Part shown: one piece after another, positions 27,104 through 36,292 of the stretch
Numbering within the stretch: position 1 is the stretch's first letter
How the letters are laid out: each line of letters opens with the position of its first letter
Origin: a virus
Taxonomy: Duplodnaviria > Caudoviricetes
Virus record (IMG/VR): IMGVR_UViG_3300026493_000002
Reading direction: 5' to 3' (one strand)
Length of the DNA: 64,000 nucleotides
The notes under the pieces: model-generated
What the model saw: only the letters and a program-made list of their open reading frames with translations
Database searches by the model: none
Told to the model about the DNA's origin: nothing
Made by a program: the position numbers and the translations under genes

Positions 27104-28729
27104 TCAGCTTTCCTTGCTCTTGGGAAGGGAGTGCGCACGGTCCACCAGCCAGCGACCAACGCGTGCAGTGAACAGCACGTTCTCGTCGATGCTCACCGAG
27201 TTCAGCTGGACCTCGACGGTGCACAGCAGGTCCTGCACTTCGAGGATCGGCGACAGACGCGGCTTGAGGCCGGACGACTTGATCAGGCCGGCGAACTCAC
27301 GCCAGCTGTAGGTCTGGAAGAACTTCTGACCCACCGACTGTTGCACGATCATCTGTGCGAGGAAGCGGGTCTTGCTCAACAGACCACGAACGTTGCCGCC
27401 GGTCAGGATCGCACCGATGGCCTTCTTCGCATCGCCCTCCAGCAGCGCGTGCAGCAACTCGGCCGCCTTCTTGTCCAAGTCCGCTTCGGCAGAGCGAGCG
27501 AAGTTGGCGATCAGCTTCTTCGGCGAAATCTCGTCACCGGATGCGAGTGCGAACAGCACGCTCTCCAGCGACTGGATGCTGTCACGCATACGGCCGTTGG
27601 AGATATTGGCAATCGCCGACAGGACTTCCTTGCCACCGTCCATTTCCTTGAAGTCCACGCCCTCACGCTTGGCGATGATGCGCAGGCGCTTGATGATGGC
27701 TTCTTCGGGGATCGGCTTGATGTGCAGCTTGAGGCAGCGGCCGATGATGGTCGCCGGCATCTTCTCAGGGTTCGTGGTACAGATGATCCACACGGTGTGT
27801 GCCGGCGGTTCTTCCAGCGGCTTGAGGAATGCCTGGAATGCCTGCGGCGTGCAGTTCGACACCAGCACCGGCTCGTAGTAGCCGACCGGCAGTACGAAGT
27901 AGTTGTGGTTGGTCTCAACCGTGAGGTCGTACACCACCTGCTGGACTTCGCCGATAGACTCGACACGATCCACGTACAGGTGAATGCCATTCTTCGACTG
28001 GAGCTTGTCGCCCTTCTCGAAGTCGATGGCTGCAACCATCTGGCCGTGCGTCAGGCTCATGATCTTGTGATCGGCCGTACATTCGATGTACGACTCGGCG
28101 CTGTCACGGATGTAGACGCGCACCATGTTGTAAGCCTGCAGCGGCTTCGGCAGCACGTGGGTGACGGCCTGCACCTCATTCGCGGCCGGGATATGGTTGT
28201 CACCATCGACCTGCGCACGATGCGACAGAACGCGGTCGCCGACCTTGATGTTCTCGATGTACGTGTAGGTGCCGTCTTCCATCAGCACCTTGGTGCCGGC
28301 CGGGAAACAGGCGTGCATTTCGTCGAGGATGAACACACGCTTCTTGCCGAGAGTCGGCATGGAACGCGAGGCCTGAATGAGACTGCGCACGTCGTCGATA
28401 CCACGCGCTTCCGCCATGTTGATTTCATGGACGTCAGGGTGGTTCGTCTCGTAGCCGCACGACGCACACTCACCGCAGGGATTGCCCGACTTGTCAGGCT
28501 TCATGCAGTTGATGTAGCGCGCGATGATACGGCCGCTCGTGGTCTTGCCACCGCCGCTCTCACCGAACAGACCGACGGTGGTCGGGAATCGGTCGAGCTT
28601 GACCATGCCACGGACCTGCGTAGCAACGGCTTCCTGGCCAACAAGGTCGTCGATCAGGATCGGACGGTACTTGACTGCCAGCGACTGCGAACTGGTAGCC
28701 TTCTTTTTCTTCTTCGGTTTTTCGGACAT
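27104..28729 (-). CDS. dnaX: DNA polymerase III gamma/tau-like clamp loader subunit, intein-containing
   Basis: LAVKYRP, Walker A GESGGGKTT, Zn motif C..PCGECASC, DVHEINMA, ILDEMH, LKPLEEPP, TTNPEKMPATIIGRC. Confidence 0.95.
   Translation of the reverse strand: MSEKPKKKKKATSSQSLAVKYRPILIDDLVGQEAVATQVRGMVKLDRFPTTVGLFGESGGGKTTSGRIIARYINCMKPDKSGNPCGECASCGYETNHPDVHEINMAEARGIDDVRSLIQASRSMPTLGKKRVFILDEMHACFPAGTKVLMEDGTYTYIENIKVGDRVLSHRAQVDGDNHIPAANEVQAVTHVLPKPLQAYNMVRVYIRDSAESYIECTADHKIMSLTHGQMVAAIDFEKGDKLQSKNGIHLYVDRVESIGEVQQVVYDLTVETNHNYFVLPVGYYEPVLVSNCTPQAFQAFLKPLEEPPAHTVWIICTTNPEKMPATIIGRCLKLHIKPIPEEAIIKRLRIIAKREGVDFKEMDGGKEVLSAIANISNGRMRDSIQSLESVLFALASGDEISPKKLIANFARSAEADLDKKAAELLHALLEGDAKKAIGAILTGGNVRGLLSKTRFLAQMIVQQSVGQKFFQTYSWREFAGLIKSSGLKPRLSPILEVQDLLCTVEVQLNSVSIDENVLFTARVGRWLVDRAHSLPKSKES
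27854..28309 (-). mobile_element. Mini-intein (152 aa, no homing endonuclease) in DnaX
   Basis: Block A CFPAGTKVLMEDG, block B CTADHKIM, block F VYDLTVETNHNYF, ends VSN followed by extein Cys; removal restores DEMHA-CTPQAFQAFLK. Confidence 0.92.
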
Positions 28730-28786
28730 TGAAAGTCTCCTGAGAGCCGTATGCTTGATACGACTCTTTACAGCATTGGGATTGGC

Positions 28787-29218
28787 TCAGCGAACGAACG
28801 TGAGGAGAACATCCTCGAGGGCGGCCTTGATCTTCTTCTGCACCAGCATCATCGAAGGCGTGACCGCACCCTCGATATTCCCCAGCGTGAAGGTGTAGTT
28901 CTGCGGCAGCATGGTCTTCATTTCATCGGACCAGCGGTACTGCATCGCATTCAACGCGAGGCGGGTCGGAGTGGTCAGACGATCAACCACCACGTCAGTG
29001 ACGATCAGCTGGAATGCACCCAGGCCGTTCGGCAAGTTCTCGATCACGTCGAACGGCACCAGGATCTCGAACTCGTCCACACCCTCGAAGTTGGGATCGA
29101 ATGCGGTGCTGACGTGCGCGCCCAGTTCGTCGGCGATCACGTCTGCGGCGTCTTCATCAATGCCGAACGACACCATGCCGTTTTCGTCCACATCGGCTTT
29201 CAATGCTGCGTGTTCCAT
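28787..29218 (-). CDS. Hypothetical protein
   Basis: 143 aa acidic ORF, GAGG SD. Confidence 0.75.
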   Translation of the reverse strand: MEHAALKADVDENGMVSFGIDEDAADVIADELGAHVSTAFDPNFEGVDEFEILVPFDVIENLPNGLGAFQLIVTDVVVDRLTTPTRLALNAMQYRWSDEMKTMLPQNYTFTLGNIEGAVTPSMMLVQKKIKAALEDVLLTFVR

Positions 29219-29225
29219 GTTGACC

Positions 29226-30047
29226 TCAGAGATAGATCACGAAAGCGTCGCCGCCTTCGGTGAGCAGGGTGTTGGCGAGCGCGAGACGCAGGCCTTCCAG
29301 TTGGGCTTCGACGTGCATGTCAGCAGTCTTGTGGGGACGCATGAACACCACGACGTTGTTGGTGCGGCCACGAACTTCGCTCTTGGGCCACTCGCCGGTT
29401 TCGTCGTTGTAGACGATCACCTGCACATTGTCGGCCGCGTCGACAGCATCGGCGAGCAATGTCGGCACGACCAGGGTGAAGTTCTCGTTCGGCTTCGCGC
29501 TGGCGACCAGTGCGCGTGCGGCGCGTACACCGATGCGGATGCTGGTGGCACCCATCTGGCAGTGATGCACGTCTTCGCTCCGGTTCGCCTCTTCCAGGCG
29601 TCGAGCCTCCTGCTCCTCGAAGGCCAGTCGTTGCGCCTCGTCGTTGGCGGCACGCTCTTCGTCGGTGTAGCAGTCGATCTGCATGATGGCGTTCAGCTGT
29701 TGGCGGGGATCGGCCATATCGAACCGTTCGCTGATACCGGTCACATGTATGTTGAGGGTGCAGAACGCGCCGAACACCACGAGAGACAATCCGCAGGTGT
29801 AAGCATCGGGATCGTGCGCGGCTTCGGCCGGACGGTAGAAGTTGACGTGCCTCACGCGGATGTTGTGTTCACCGGCCTTAGGCTCGTCAATGCACAGCGT
29901 CTGTGCGGCGAGTTTGGCCTGATCTTCTTCGCCGAGAAGCAGTGCAATCGCAATGGTCTCGACCGACGCCTGCGTCAGACGATAGGGGATCGCGCCAGGG
30001 AAACGGGCATGGCGCAGACTGTCTACGGTCACTTTTGAAATCTTCAT
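29226..30047 (-). CDS. Hypothetical protein
   Basis: Likely start ATG 30047 with GAGGA SD. Confidence 0.75.
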   Translation of the reverse strand: MKISKVTVDSLRHARFPGAIPYRLTQASVETIAIALLLGEEDQAKLAAQTLCIDEPKAGEHNIRVRHVNFYRPAEAAHDPDAYTCGLSLVVFGAFCTLNIHVTGISERFDMADPRQQLNAIMQIDCYTDEERAANDEAQRLAFEEQEARRLEEANRSEDVHHCQMGATSIRIGVRAARALVASAKPNENFTLVVPTLLADAVDAADNVQVIVYNDETGEWPKSEVRGRTNNVVVFMRPHKTADMHVEAQLEGLRLALANTLLTEGGDAFVIYL

Positions 30048-30051
30048 GGTA

Positions 30052-31080
30052 TCAATCCTCGTCCTGTTCGCCGTCGGTTCGTTCGTCGTCTTCGCCATTG
30101 ATGCGACCCTTCGACAGCTGAGCCATCGAGCGCACCAGGAGCTCCTTGACGTCCTTGGGAATCTTCTTGCCGGTGTAGTGGAAGGAGAAGGCCTCGGCGA
30201 AGAACTCTTCGGGCGACTTCATGGCGTACTCGGACACCATGACGTTGCGCTCGGAGAACTCGACGTAGGTCGGCCAATACTTCTCCACCTCGTGTCCGTG
30301 ACGCAGCAGCTTGTCGAAGTGCTTGCGGTCGATGCCGTGCACCGAACGGATGTGCTTCAACACCGACTTGAGGATCTGCTTGGTTTCGTCCTCGGCCTCA
30401 CGCAGGTAATCGCCGAGCGAACCAGCGGACTGCACTTCGGCCAGGATCTCCTGCAGCATGTCATCGTCGGCGTCCTGCGGCGCCATGTGCTTGTCGTACA
30501 GGGCGATCCACTTGGCGATGTTGTCCGGCCGCATGAAGCGGTACCAAATGCCGTGCGCGTATTCGTGATAGATCACGTAGCGCATTTCTTCCTTGCCCAT
30601 CTGATCGTAGTTGGGCTTGATGCACAGCACGTCCTCTTCGGCCTTGGGCAGGAAGTGGTAGTAGCCGGCGTACTTGCCTTCTGCGGGACGAATTTCGATC
30701 TGAGCAGGCACTGGGCCCAGACGCTTCGCGTGCAGTTCCTTGTAGGTGTTGATCAGGATCTTCTTGGTGCGCTGCACCAGCTTCTCTTCCATGTCCACGA
30801 AGAACAGGATATCGCCGCAGGTGTTGGTCGTCACGCGCTGGTACAACGGCTCGATCTTGACGCCGTAGACCTTGCCGACACGCGGGCTCGGGCCGAGGTT
30901 GACCAGCACGTCACGCATCTTCACGGCGAGCGGAAGGCGCTTCTCGTACTTGCCTTCCTTGTTGCGCTTCATGGTCTGGTTGATGCCATCAACGGTCTTG
31001 CCGTCAATGGACTTGACCTTGATCAGGATCTTCTTGCCGGCAGCTTCGACGACTGCGAAGTCGCCTTTGGTGATGTTCAT
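30052..31080 (-). CDS. Zincin-like (HEXXH) metallopeptidase-domain protein
   Basis: VIYHEYAHG...EYAMKSPEEFFAEAFSFHY; N-terminal beta-rich KOW/SH3-like segment. Confidence 0.8.
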   Translation of the reverse strand: MNITKGDFAVVEAAGKKILIKVKSIDGKTVDGINQTMKRNKEGKYEKRLPLAVKMRDVLVNLGPSPRVGKVYGVKIEPLYQRVTTNTCGDILFFVDMEEKLVQRTKKILINTYKELHAKRLGPVPAQIEIRPAEGKYAGYYHFLPKAEEDVLCIKPNYDQMGKEEMRYVIYHEYAHGIWYRFMRPDNIAKWIALYDKHMAPQDADDDMLQEILAEVQSAGSLGDYLREAEDETKQILKSVLKHIRSVHGIDRKHFDKLLRHGHEVEKYWPTYVEFSERNVMVSEYAMKSPEEFFAEAFSFHYTGKKIPKDVKELLVRSMAQLSKGRINGEDDERTDGEQDED

Positions 31081-31526
31081 TCTGGAAAGTCCTCGAGGAG
31101 TTGGTGTTTTGCGAGACAGCGCGAGCGGAGTTCGTCGTCAAAGACTTCATACTCCTCGGCGCACATTTGATCGTTGGTCAGCACAATCTCGTAAGACAGG
31201 CTGGCGAAGAAGCGGTGAACCTTTGCTAGGGCACGACGGTAATCATCACGATCACTAGCCGTGTTTTGATCGCGCTCCACGAACGTGGCGGCGAACACCG
31301 TATGCTCTCGGATCATCGTGTCGATCACGGACATATCGCCGATGTAGTTCAGGTCGAGGTCAAAGTCCTCGAAGTGAGAACTGTCGTACTCGGGATGACC
31401 GACGTGGCCGAACACACCACGCAGTTGATAGCCCCGGCCGTTCGACTTGTCAGCGATGCCGAGACTCTTCAAGGTATCAATCGCGTCCGGCTTGAGGCGC
31501 AAATGCCAGCGGAGGTCAGTTCCCAT
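31077..31526 (-). CDS. Hypothetical protein
   Basis: Likely start ATG 31526. Confidence 0.7.
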   Translation of the reverse strand: MGTDLRWHLRLKPDAIDTLKSLGIADKSNGRGYQLRGVFGHVGHPEYDSSHFEDFDLDLNYIGDMSVIDTMIREHTVFAATFVERDQNTASDRDDYRRALAKVHRFFASLSYEIVLTNDQMCAEEYEVFDDELRSRCLAKHQLLEDFPE

Positions 31527-32388
31527 TGTCGTCTCCGAAGATGGTGTCGAACACGAACTGGTCCACGATCTTGGCGTTGGCCATCTTCTTGGGCTCGTCA
31601 TGGCCGTGCACCACAAGCTCCCCTGCAACGGCATTGACCTCGCGGCAGATGGTGTCGTACTCACGCATCGAGGAACGCACCGCCTGTTCGATGGCATGGA
31701 CGTCGTTGCTGCTACGCGCGACAACGAGGTTGTGCAACGTCAGAGACGGGATCACCGTGTGCGCCTTGCATGCCATCGACAAGTCGAAGTAGTTGACGAT
31801 GGCCGGCGCCAGCGTGTAGCGGATGTAGAGCGCGGTGTAGGCCGCATGGAGACCGGTCACAATCTCCTTGAGTACGCGATCCATGTCGCTCTGGCGCATC
31901 TGATCGCGGCGCTCGACACCGACCTGATCGAAGCCACGGAAATACTCGCGGAGGTTGTGGTTGTACTTCACGGCCAGGCCGCGGAAGCCCATGAAGCCGC
32001 GCTGAGGGTCGAACACTTCGGTAGCAATAGCGCGCAGGCGATTGTAGAACTTGGACAGCTTGGTGGGCTCCTGCGCGAACACGTACTCCAACGCGTTGGG
32101 ATCGCTGGACCAGATCAGGTACATGAAGGACGGGAGGTCCCAGCCTGACACGTCAACGATGCCGTCCTGCATGGACTTGGTGATCTTGTTGATCTTGAAC
32201 GCGGACACATAGTCCTGCGGCAAGCGGCGGTAGATCACGCGAATGTCGAAGTCGCTGTCGGCGGTTTCCATCCTGCGAGCGCGACTACCTACCAGGCCAC
32301 GATCAAGCGGATAGATCGGGCCACGTTCGGCATCAGCCTCACGCTTGACCCACTGGAGAACCGCTTGGGTCATCTGTTCGTTGTTCAT
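31516..32388 (-). CDS. Pol-beta-superfamily nucleotidyltransferase (YcgL/RlaP-like)
   Basis: GSRARRMETADSDFDIRVIY (GS...DxD), DVSGWDL, PNALEYVF. Confidence 0.85.
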   Translation of the reverse strand: MNNEQMTQAVLQWVKREADAERGPIYPLDRGLVGSRARRMETADSDFDIRVIYRRLPQDYVSAFKINKITKSMQDGIVDVSGWDLPSFMYLIWSSDPNALEYVFAQEPTKLSKFYNRLRAIATEVFDPQRGFMGFRGLAVKYNHNLREYFRGFDQVGVERRDQMRQSDMDRVLKEIVTGLHAAYTALYIRYTLAPAIVNYFDLSMACKAHTVIPSLTLHNLVVARSSNDVHAIEQAVRSSMREYDTICREVNAVAGELVVHGHDEPKKMANAKIVDQFVFDTIFGDDNGN

Positions 32389-32795
32389 GCCTCGTCCTCG
32401 TCTTCATTCTCGGTTCTGGATTGTGCCGGCTTGGCCTGCAGGTGCACGACGTGGTCTCCTATGCCTCGCCAGTACCCGCCGCTGTACGCACTCTTGTACA
32501 CGGTTCGCCCCTTGTTGCGATAGCCCAAGAAGTGGAACGACTCCTTGAGTATGTGCCACGGAAGAAGCCAGCGTCTAGTCAGCGTACTCCAGACGCCGTT
32601 GTGAATCATCGTGCGACGTTGCCACATGATGTAGGAGAAGGCGTTTGCACAGCCGACGATCCACTCGCAGAACACCAGAATGAAGGTCAACGCCAGCAGG
32701 CCGCATACGAACACGCCCACCAGTGCGAAGAAGTTGGACCATGTGATGGTTGCCCAGATGACGGACAATATCTGGCCTATGTAGGACTCGTCCAC
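32385..32795 (-). CDS. Membrane protein
   Basis: N-terminal hydrophobic helices; GTG start. Confidence 0.7.
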   Translation of the reverse strand: MDESYIGQILSVIWATITWSNFFALVGVFVCGLLALTFILVFCEWIVGCANAFSYIMWQRRTMIHNGVWSTLTRRWLLPWHILKESFHFLGYRNKGRTVYKSAYSGGYWRGIGDHVVHLQAKPAQSRTENEDEDEA

Positions 32796-32831
32796 AATAA
32801 ATCCCTAGAATTGATTGGTAAATGCGATTAA

Positions 32832-32873
32832 GCCACCGAGACTCGACACGCAACGGTGAGGAGTCTCGGTGGC
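32832..32873. terminator. 13-bp perfect inverted repeat (terminator or leader hairpin)
   Basis: GCCACCGAGACTC (32832-32844) and GAGTCTCGGTGGC (32861-32873), 16-nt loop. Confidence 0.6.
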
Positions 32874-32891
32874 GATGGTTACAACTATCCT

Positions 32892-33512
32892 TTACAGACC
32901 CTGCGTGGCGAAGTCGTAGATTTTCTCGGCCTCGATATTCAAGGGAATGCCGGCGTGAAGCGTGATGACCTCAAGATCGGGGATGCGACAATGCAGGGCT
33001 TTCAACGCCTCAACGCGGCGGTCGTTGTCACGGCCCACACTGTTTTCATCCCGATACGACCAGGTGCGGTGCGTCGTATCCAGCTTGCCGTTCTCGGCCC
33101 TGTGATCCAAGAACACGATGCGCTTGGGCATCAAGTCGAGGAACGTCAGTGCCACCATGTCAGCCCAGCGATCAAGCGAGGAGCTCTCACGGAGGGCCGA
33201 ATAGGAACTCAGCAGGTGGATGTTCAGCACCAGACTGCGAATCGAATCGGGCGCAGCCTTGTCGGCGTGTACGCCAGCGATGAACGTGGCACGACGGTTG
33301 GCGAGACTGCACATGTACTCGGCCACCGAATCGCGTTGCTCACCTTCGCCGAACAGGCTGTTCTTGAGTTCACGGTCATTGCCCAGGTTCTTCAAGTAGG
33401 GCATCAGGATTCGCTGCTGCCCATCACGCGCCTTCGGCAGTTCCTCACGCAGATTCTTGATCCGCGTGCGGCTCATGCCTTCAATCAGGGTGATGTTGGG
33501 CGACAGGTTCAC
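32892..33512 (-). CDS. Hypothetical protein
   Basis: 206 aa, GTGA-coupled to tmk. Confidence 0.75.
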   Translation of the reverse strand: MNLSPNITLIEGMSRTRIKNLREELPKARDGQQRILMPYLKNLGNDRELKNSLFGEGEQRDSVAEYMCSLANRRATFIAGVHADKAAPDSIRSLVLNIHLLSSYSALRESSSLDRWADMVALTFLDLMPKRIVFLDHRAENGKLDTTHRTWSYRDENSVGRDNDRRVEALKALHCRIPDLEVITLHAGIPLNIEAEKIYDFATQGL

Positions 33513-34300
33513 GATACCAAACCCTCCGGTGCCTTGAATGCGAACATGTCCAGCGTCTTAGTCGTGCGCTCGATCACTTCGGCATCGGTCGAGAACAGAC
33601 GCTCGATGTAGGCCTCGGCAATGTCCTTCGCACAGGTCAGCACCACTTCCGGCGCCATGTTGGCGTCGATCACGGTGTAGACCGATTCCGGCGAGGTCAT
33701 CTTGAGGACGGAGAACGCTGCCTGGAAGCCGGCACGCAGATGGCCGTAGCCACCGGCGTTGCGTTCCTCGATGCTGTCGAGCGGCTGGCCACGAAGCGCC
33801 AGTCGTTCACGCACCGATTCGTCGTCCACGTCGAGGTAGATCGTCAGGCCGGGCAGGATGCGTTCGCACGTCTGACGCATCAGGTCAGCCCACAGCATGA
33901 AGCTGGGGATCTGGTGGTTGAACCCCTGATACGCGAACGTGGTAGCGACGTAGCGGTCGATCACACCGAAGCCACCGCCGTCCAGCCACGGCTTGATCTT
34001 GTTGAGGATCAGGTCACGGCGTGCAGCGAAAATCAGCATCATTTCGATCATGGGATCGTTGATGTTGTGGCCGAGGAACATGCTGCGAATGGCCTGTGAC
34101 CGTTCGCTGCCTTCCCACGGAGTGAAGCCCTTCACGTTGAAGTTGGCCTCGTACTGGGCGGCGTACTTGTCCAGTTGCTTCTGGATGAACGGCACCAGGT
34201 TGGAGGTCAGCAACGACTTGCCGGCCGCGTCCACGCCTTCGATGGCAATGAAGCGATAGCACGGCTTGACGTGTTCGATGGTTGAGGTCAGGGGATTCAT
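33509..34300 (-). CDS. tmk: Thymidylate kinase
   Basis: FIAIEGVDAAGKS P-loop, LIFAARRD, VIDRYVATTFAYQG, TIYLDVD; TGATG-coupled start at 34300. Confidence 0.92.
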   Translation of the reverse strand: MNPLTSTIEHVKPCYRFIAIEGVDAAGKSLLTSNLVPFIQKQLDKYAAQYEANFNVKGFTPWEGSERSQAIRSMFLGHNINDPMIEMMLIFAARRDLILNKIKPWLDGGGFGVIDRYVATTFAYQGFNHQIPSFMLWADLMRQTCERILPGLTIYLDVDDESVRERLALRGQPLDSIEERNAGGYGHLRAGFQAAFSVLKMTSPESVYTVIDANMAPEVVLTCAKDIAEAYIERLFSTDAEVIERTTKTLDMFAFKAPEGLVS

Positions 34301-35751
34301 CAGTCGATGGCCTTGCCGTTCTCGGTGATCGTCTGGGCGCCACGGCGCTCGTTCGGATTGTTGTCGTTGTCGTCCACGATGTAGAGCTTGCACTCCGGCG
34401 GCAGATGCTGACGCAGCGTGTGGCCCATCATGGTGGCAGCCAGTCGCGCGGTCGGATGCACGGTAACGCCCGAACGAAGCTCGGCCACGTAGATCGCCTG
34501 CGGCAGGTCGTAGCGCATCATGGCCGTGACCATGCTACCCATCGGCACGTAGTACATGAGGGCCGCGTGTGCCTGTTCGCTGTCGTAGCCAGCCTCTTCC
34601 ATCACGATGGAGCGGACGAACGGCAGAGTGACGTTGTACAGGTGGTCGATCGCGGCGCCGATGCTGAGACCGTCCAGCATCGGATGCGTCTTGTCCATGA
34701 GGCCCAGGTGATGCAGCATACCCAGGTACCACGGGTGCATACGCGGACGATCCGGGTAATGCGGGAAGGCCACAAAGCCGTTGCGGTGACGATGCAGGTC
34801 ACGGAACGAACCATAGTCAATCGGGAACGCCATCGAGAAGCTGCCGTACTTGGCGAAGTTGCGCGGCACCTTCTCATGCTTCACGCGGTTGTTCAGGAAG
34901 TCCAGCGCGTCGGCGTCGAACTCGGTGATCGCTTCACGACGGCAGTACATGCTGTCCGGGCGCAGTCGAGCCGGGTCGTAGTGACAGTTGATCTGGCCAG
35001 CCATCGCCTCGGTGTCATCGAAGAACGAGCCACGGACCGGGATCAGGCCTTCGAGGCCGTCGGCCGCAATCGCATCCGGATAGGCCTTGACCAGCGCGTT
35101 GTGGATGCCGAACGCCAGCGCGCGTACTTCATCGCTGGGGCTGGTTGCCATCCACTCCAGATGTTCCTGCACCTGATCGAAGTTGGTGGTCCACGACAGC
35201 TTGGTCGTGAAGCCTGCCGACAGGAAGCCACGAGCAACGTCGAACGCACGGGCCTTGATGGCGGCGGTCTTCGATGCGGTCAGTTCTTCGCCGTACTCGA
35301 CCGCGCGTGCAGTCAGGCGCTCGATGCTGTGTTCCAACACGGCGGTGTACAGGCCGCGCATCTTCTCCTCAATGTCCGCGATGGAGTACGGAGCCACGAA
35401 CGGACGCTTGGAGAAGTCGTAGTAGCGGGTGGACGTTTCCTGGCCGTTGTACAGCGGGTTGTGCTGGATGCACTTCGCCGCGAACATGGAGACGTCCTCG
35501 ATGAAGAGGGTGAAGTTGCCACACTGGCCGATCGAACGGTGACCGTAACCGATGTAGAACTTCTTGAGGCTTTCGCGCAGCTGGTCGCGGTCCATGTTTT
35601 CGACGCGGTCAGCAATAGACTTGGTGCTGCGGCTGTAGAACGCCTGCACCATAGCCATGCTCTGCGGATCGAAGTTTTCGCCGTCGGCCACGAAGATCGA
35701 AGTGTCGTGAGCGACCTGCATGTCCAGGTGATTGATGCGATGCGATTGCAT
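34300..35751 (-). CDS. thyX: FAD-dependent thymidylate synthase (long, tandem-domain ThyX-like)
   Basis: FYIGYGHRSIG, GQETSTRYYDFS, ARGFLSAG, IDYGSFRDLHRHR, ELRSG..VHP. Confidence 0.85.
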   Translation of the reverse strand: MQSHRINHLDMQVAHDTSIFVADGENFDPQSMAMVQAFYSRSTKSIADRVENMDRDQLRESLKKFYIGYGHRSIGQCGNFTLFIEDVSMFAAKCIQHNPLYNGQETSTRYYDFSKRPFVAPYSIADIEEKMRGLYTAVLEHSIERLTARAVEYGEELTASKTAAIKARAFDVARGFLSAGFTTKLSWTTNFDQVQEHLEWMATSPSDEVRALAFGIHNALVKAYPDAIAADGLEGLIPVRGSFFDDTEAMAGQINCHYDPARLRPDSMYCRREAITEFDADALDFLNNRVKHEKVPRNFAKYGSFSMAFPIDYGSFRDLHRHRNGFVAFPHYPDRPRMHPWYLGMLHHLGLMDKTHPMLDGLSIGAAIDHLYNVTLPFVRSIVMEEAGYDSEQAHAALMYYVPMGSMVTAMMRYDLPQAIYVAELRSGVTVHPTARLAATMMGHTLRQHLPPECKLYIVDDNDNNPNERRGAQTITENGKAID

Positions 35752-35779
35752 TGGGAGGTCCTATCGAATGGTTGCGAGA

Positions 35780-36265
35780 TTAAGCCGTGCGGAAGGCGTG
35801 TGCGCGGCGTGGAAGATCGGAGAGACGTGCGCCGACGATCAGGATCCAAGACCCATTGACGAAGGCTTCGATGTTGCCGCTGTGTTCCTGGTAGCGAAGG
35901 CCGCCGCACAGCGACGCATCCTCCTTGACGCACTCCCAGCCATTCCAGGCGCTGTAGTTGTAGGTGCGACCACTGAACATGACGACCATCGTGTCGAGCG
36001 TGGTGAACTGCCCAACGGTCTGGAGGCCGTCATCGGTGACACGCATAATGTCACCAGTCTCGTGGCAGAACGCGCTCACCGACTGGCCGGATGCGAACGC
36101 AATGCTGCGCTCTTCCCGGGTGGTGAACTCGTCCAGCACCACGTGGACGGTACTGGTCTGTGCAGCCTGCTCGCGACGGCGTACCCACACGATGGCCGCG
36201 ATGATGAAGACGATATAGCCGATCCACAGAGAGGGCTCGGCGAAGTTCGACAATTCCATTTCCAA
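35780..36265 (-). CDS. Membrane-anchored hypothetical protein
   Basis: N-terminal TM helix LWIGYIVFIIAAIVWV followed by RRR. Confidence 0.7.
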   Translation of the reverse strand: MEMELSNFAEPSLWIGYIVFIIAAIVWVRRREQAAQTSTVHVVLDEFTTREERSIAFASGQSVSAFCHETGDIMRVTDDGLQTVGQFTTLDTMVVMFSGRTYNYSAWNGWECVKEDASLCGGLRYQEHSGNIEAFVNGSWILIVGARLSDLPRRAHAFRTA

Positions 36266-36292
36266 ATATCCCCAGTTGATAGTGCGTTGAAC

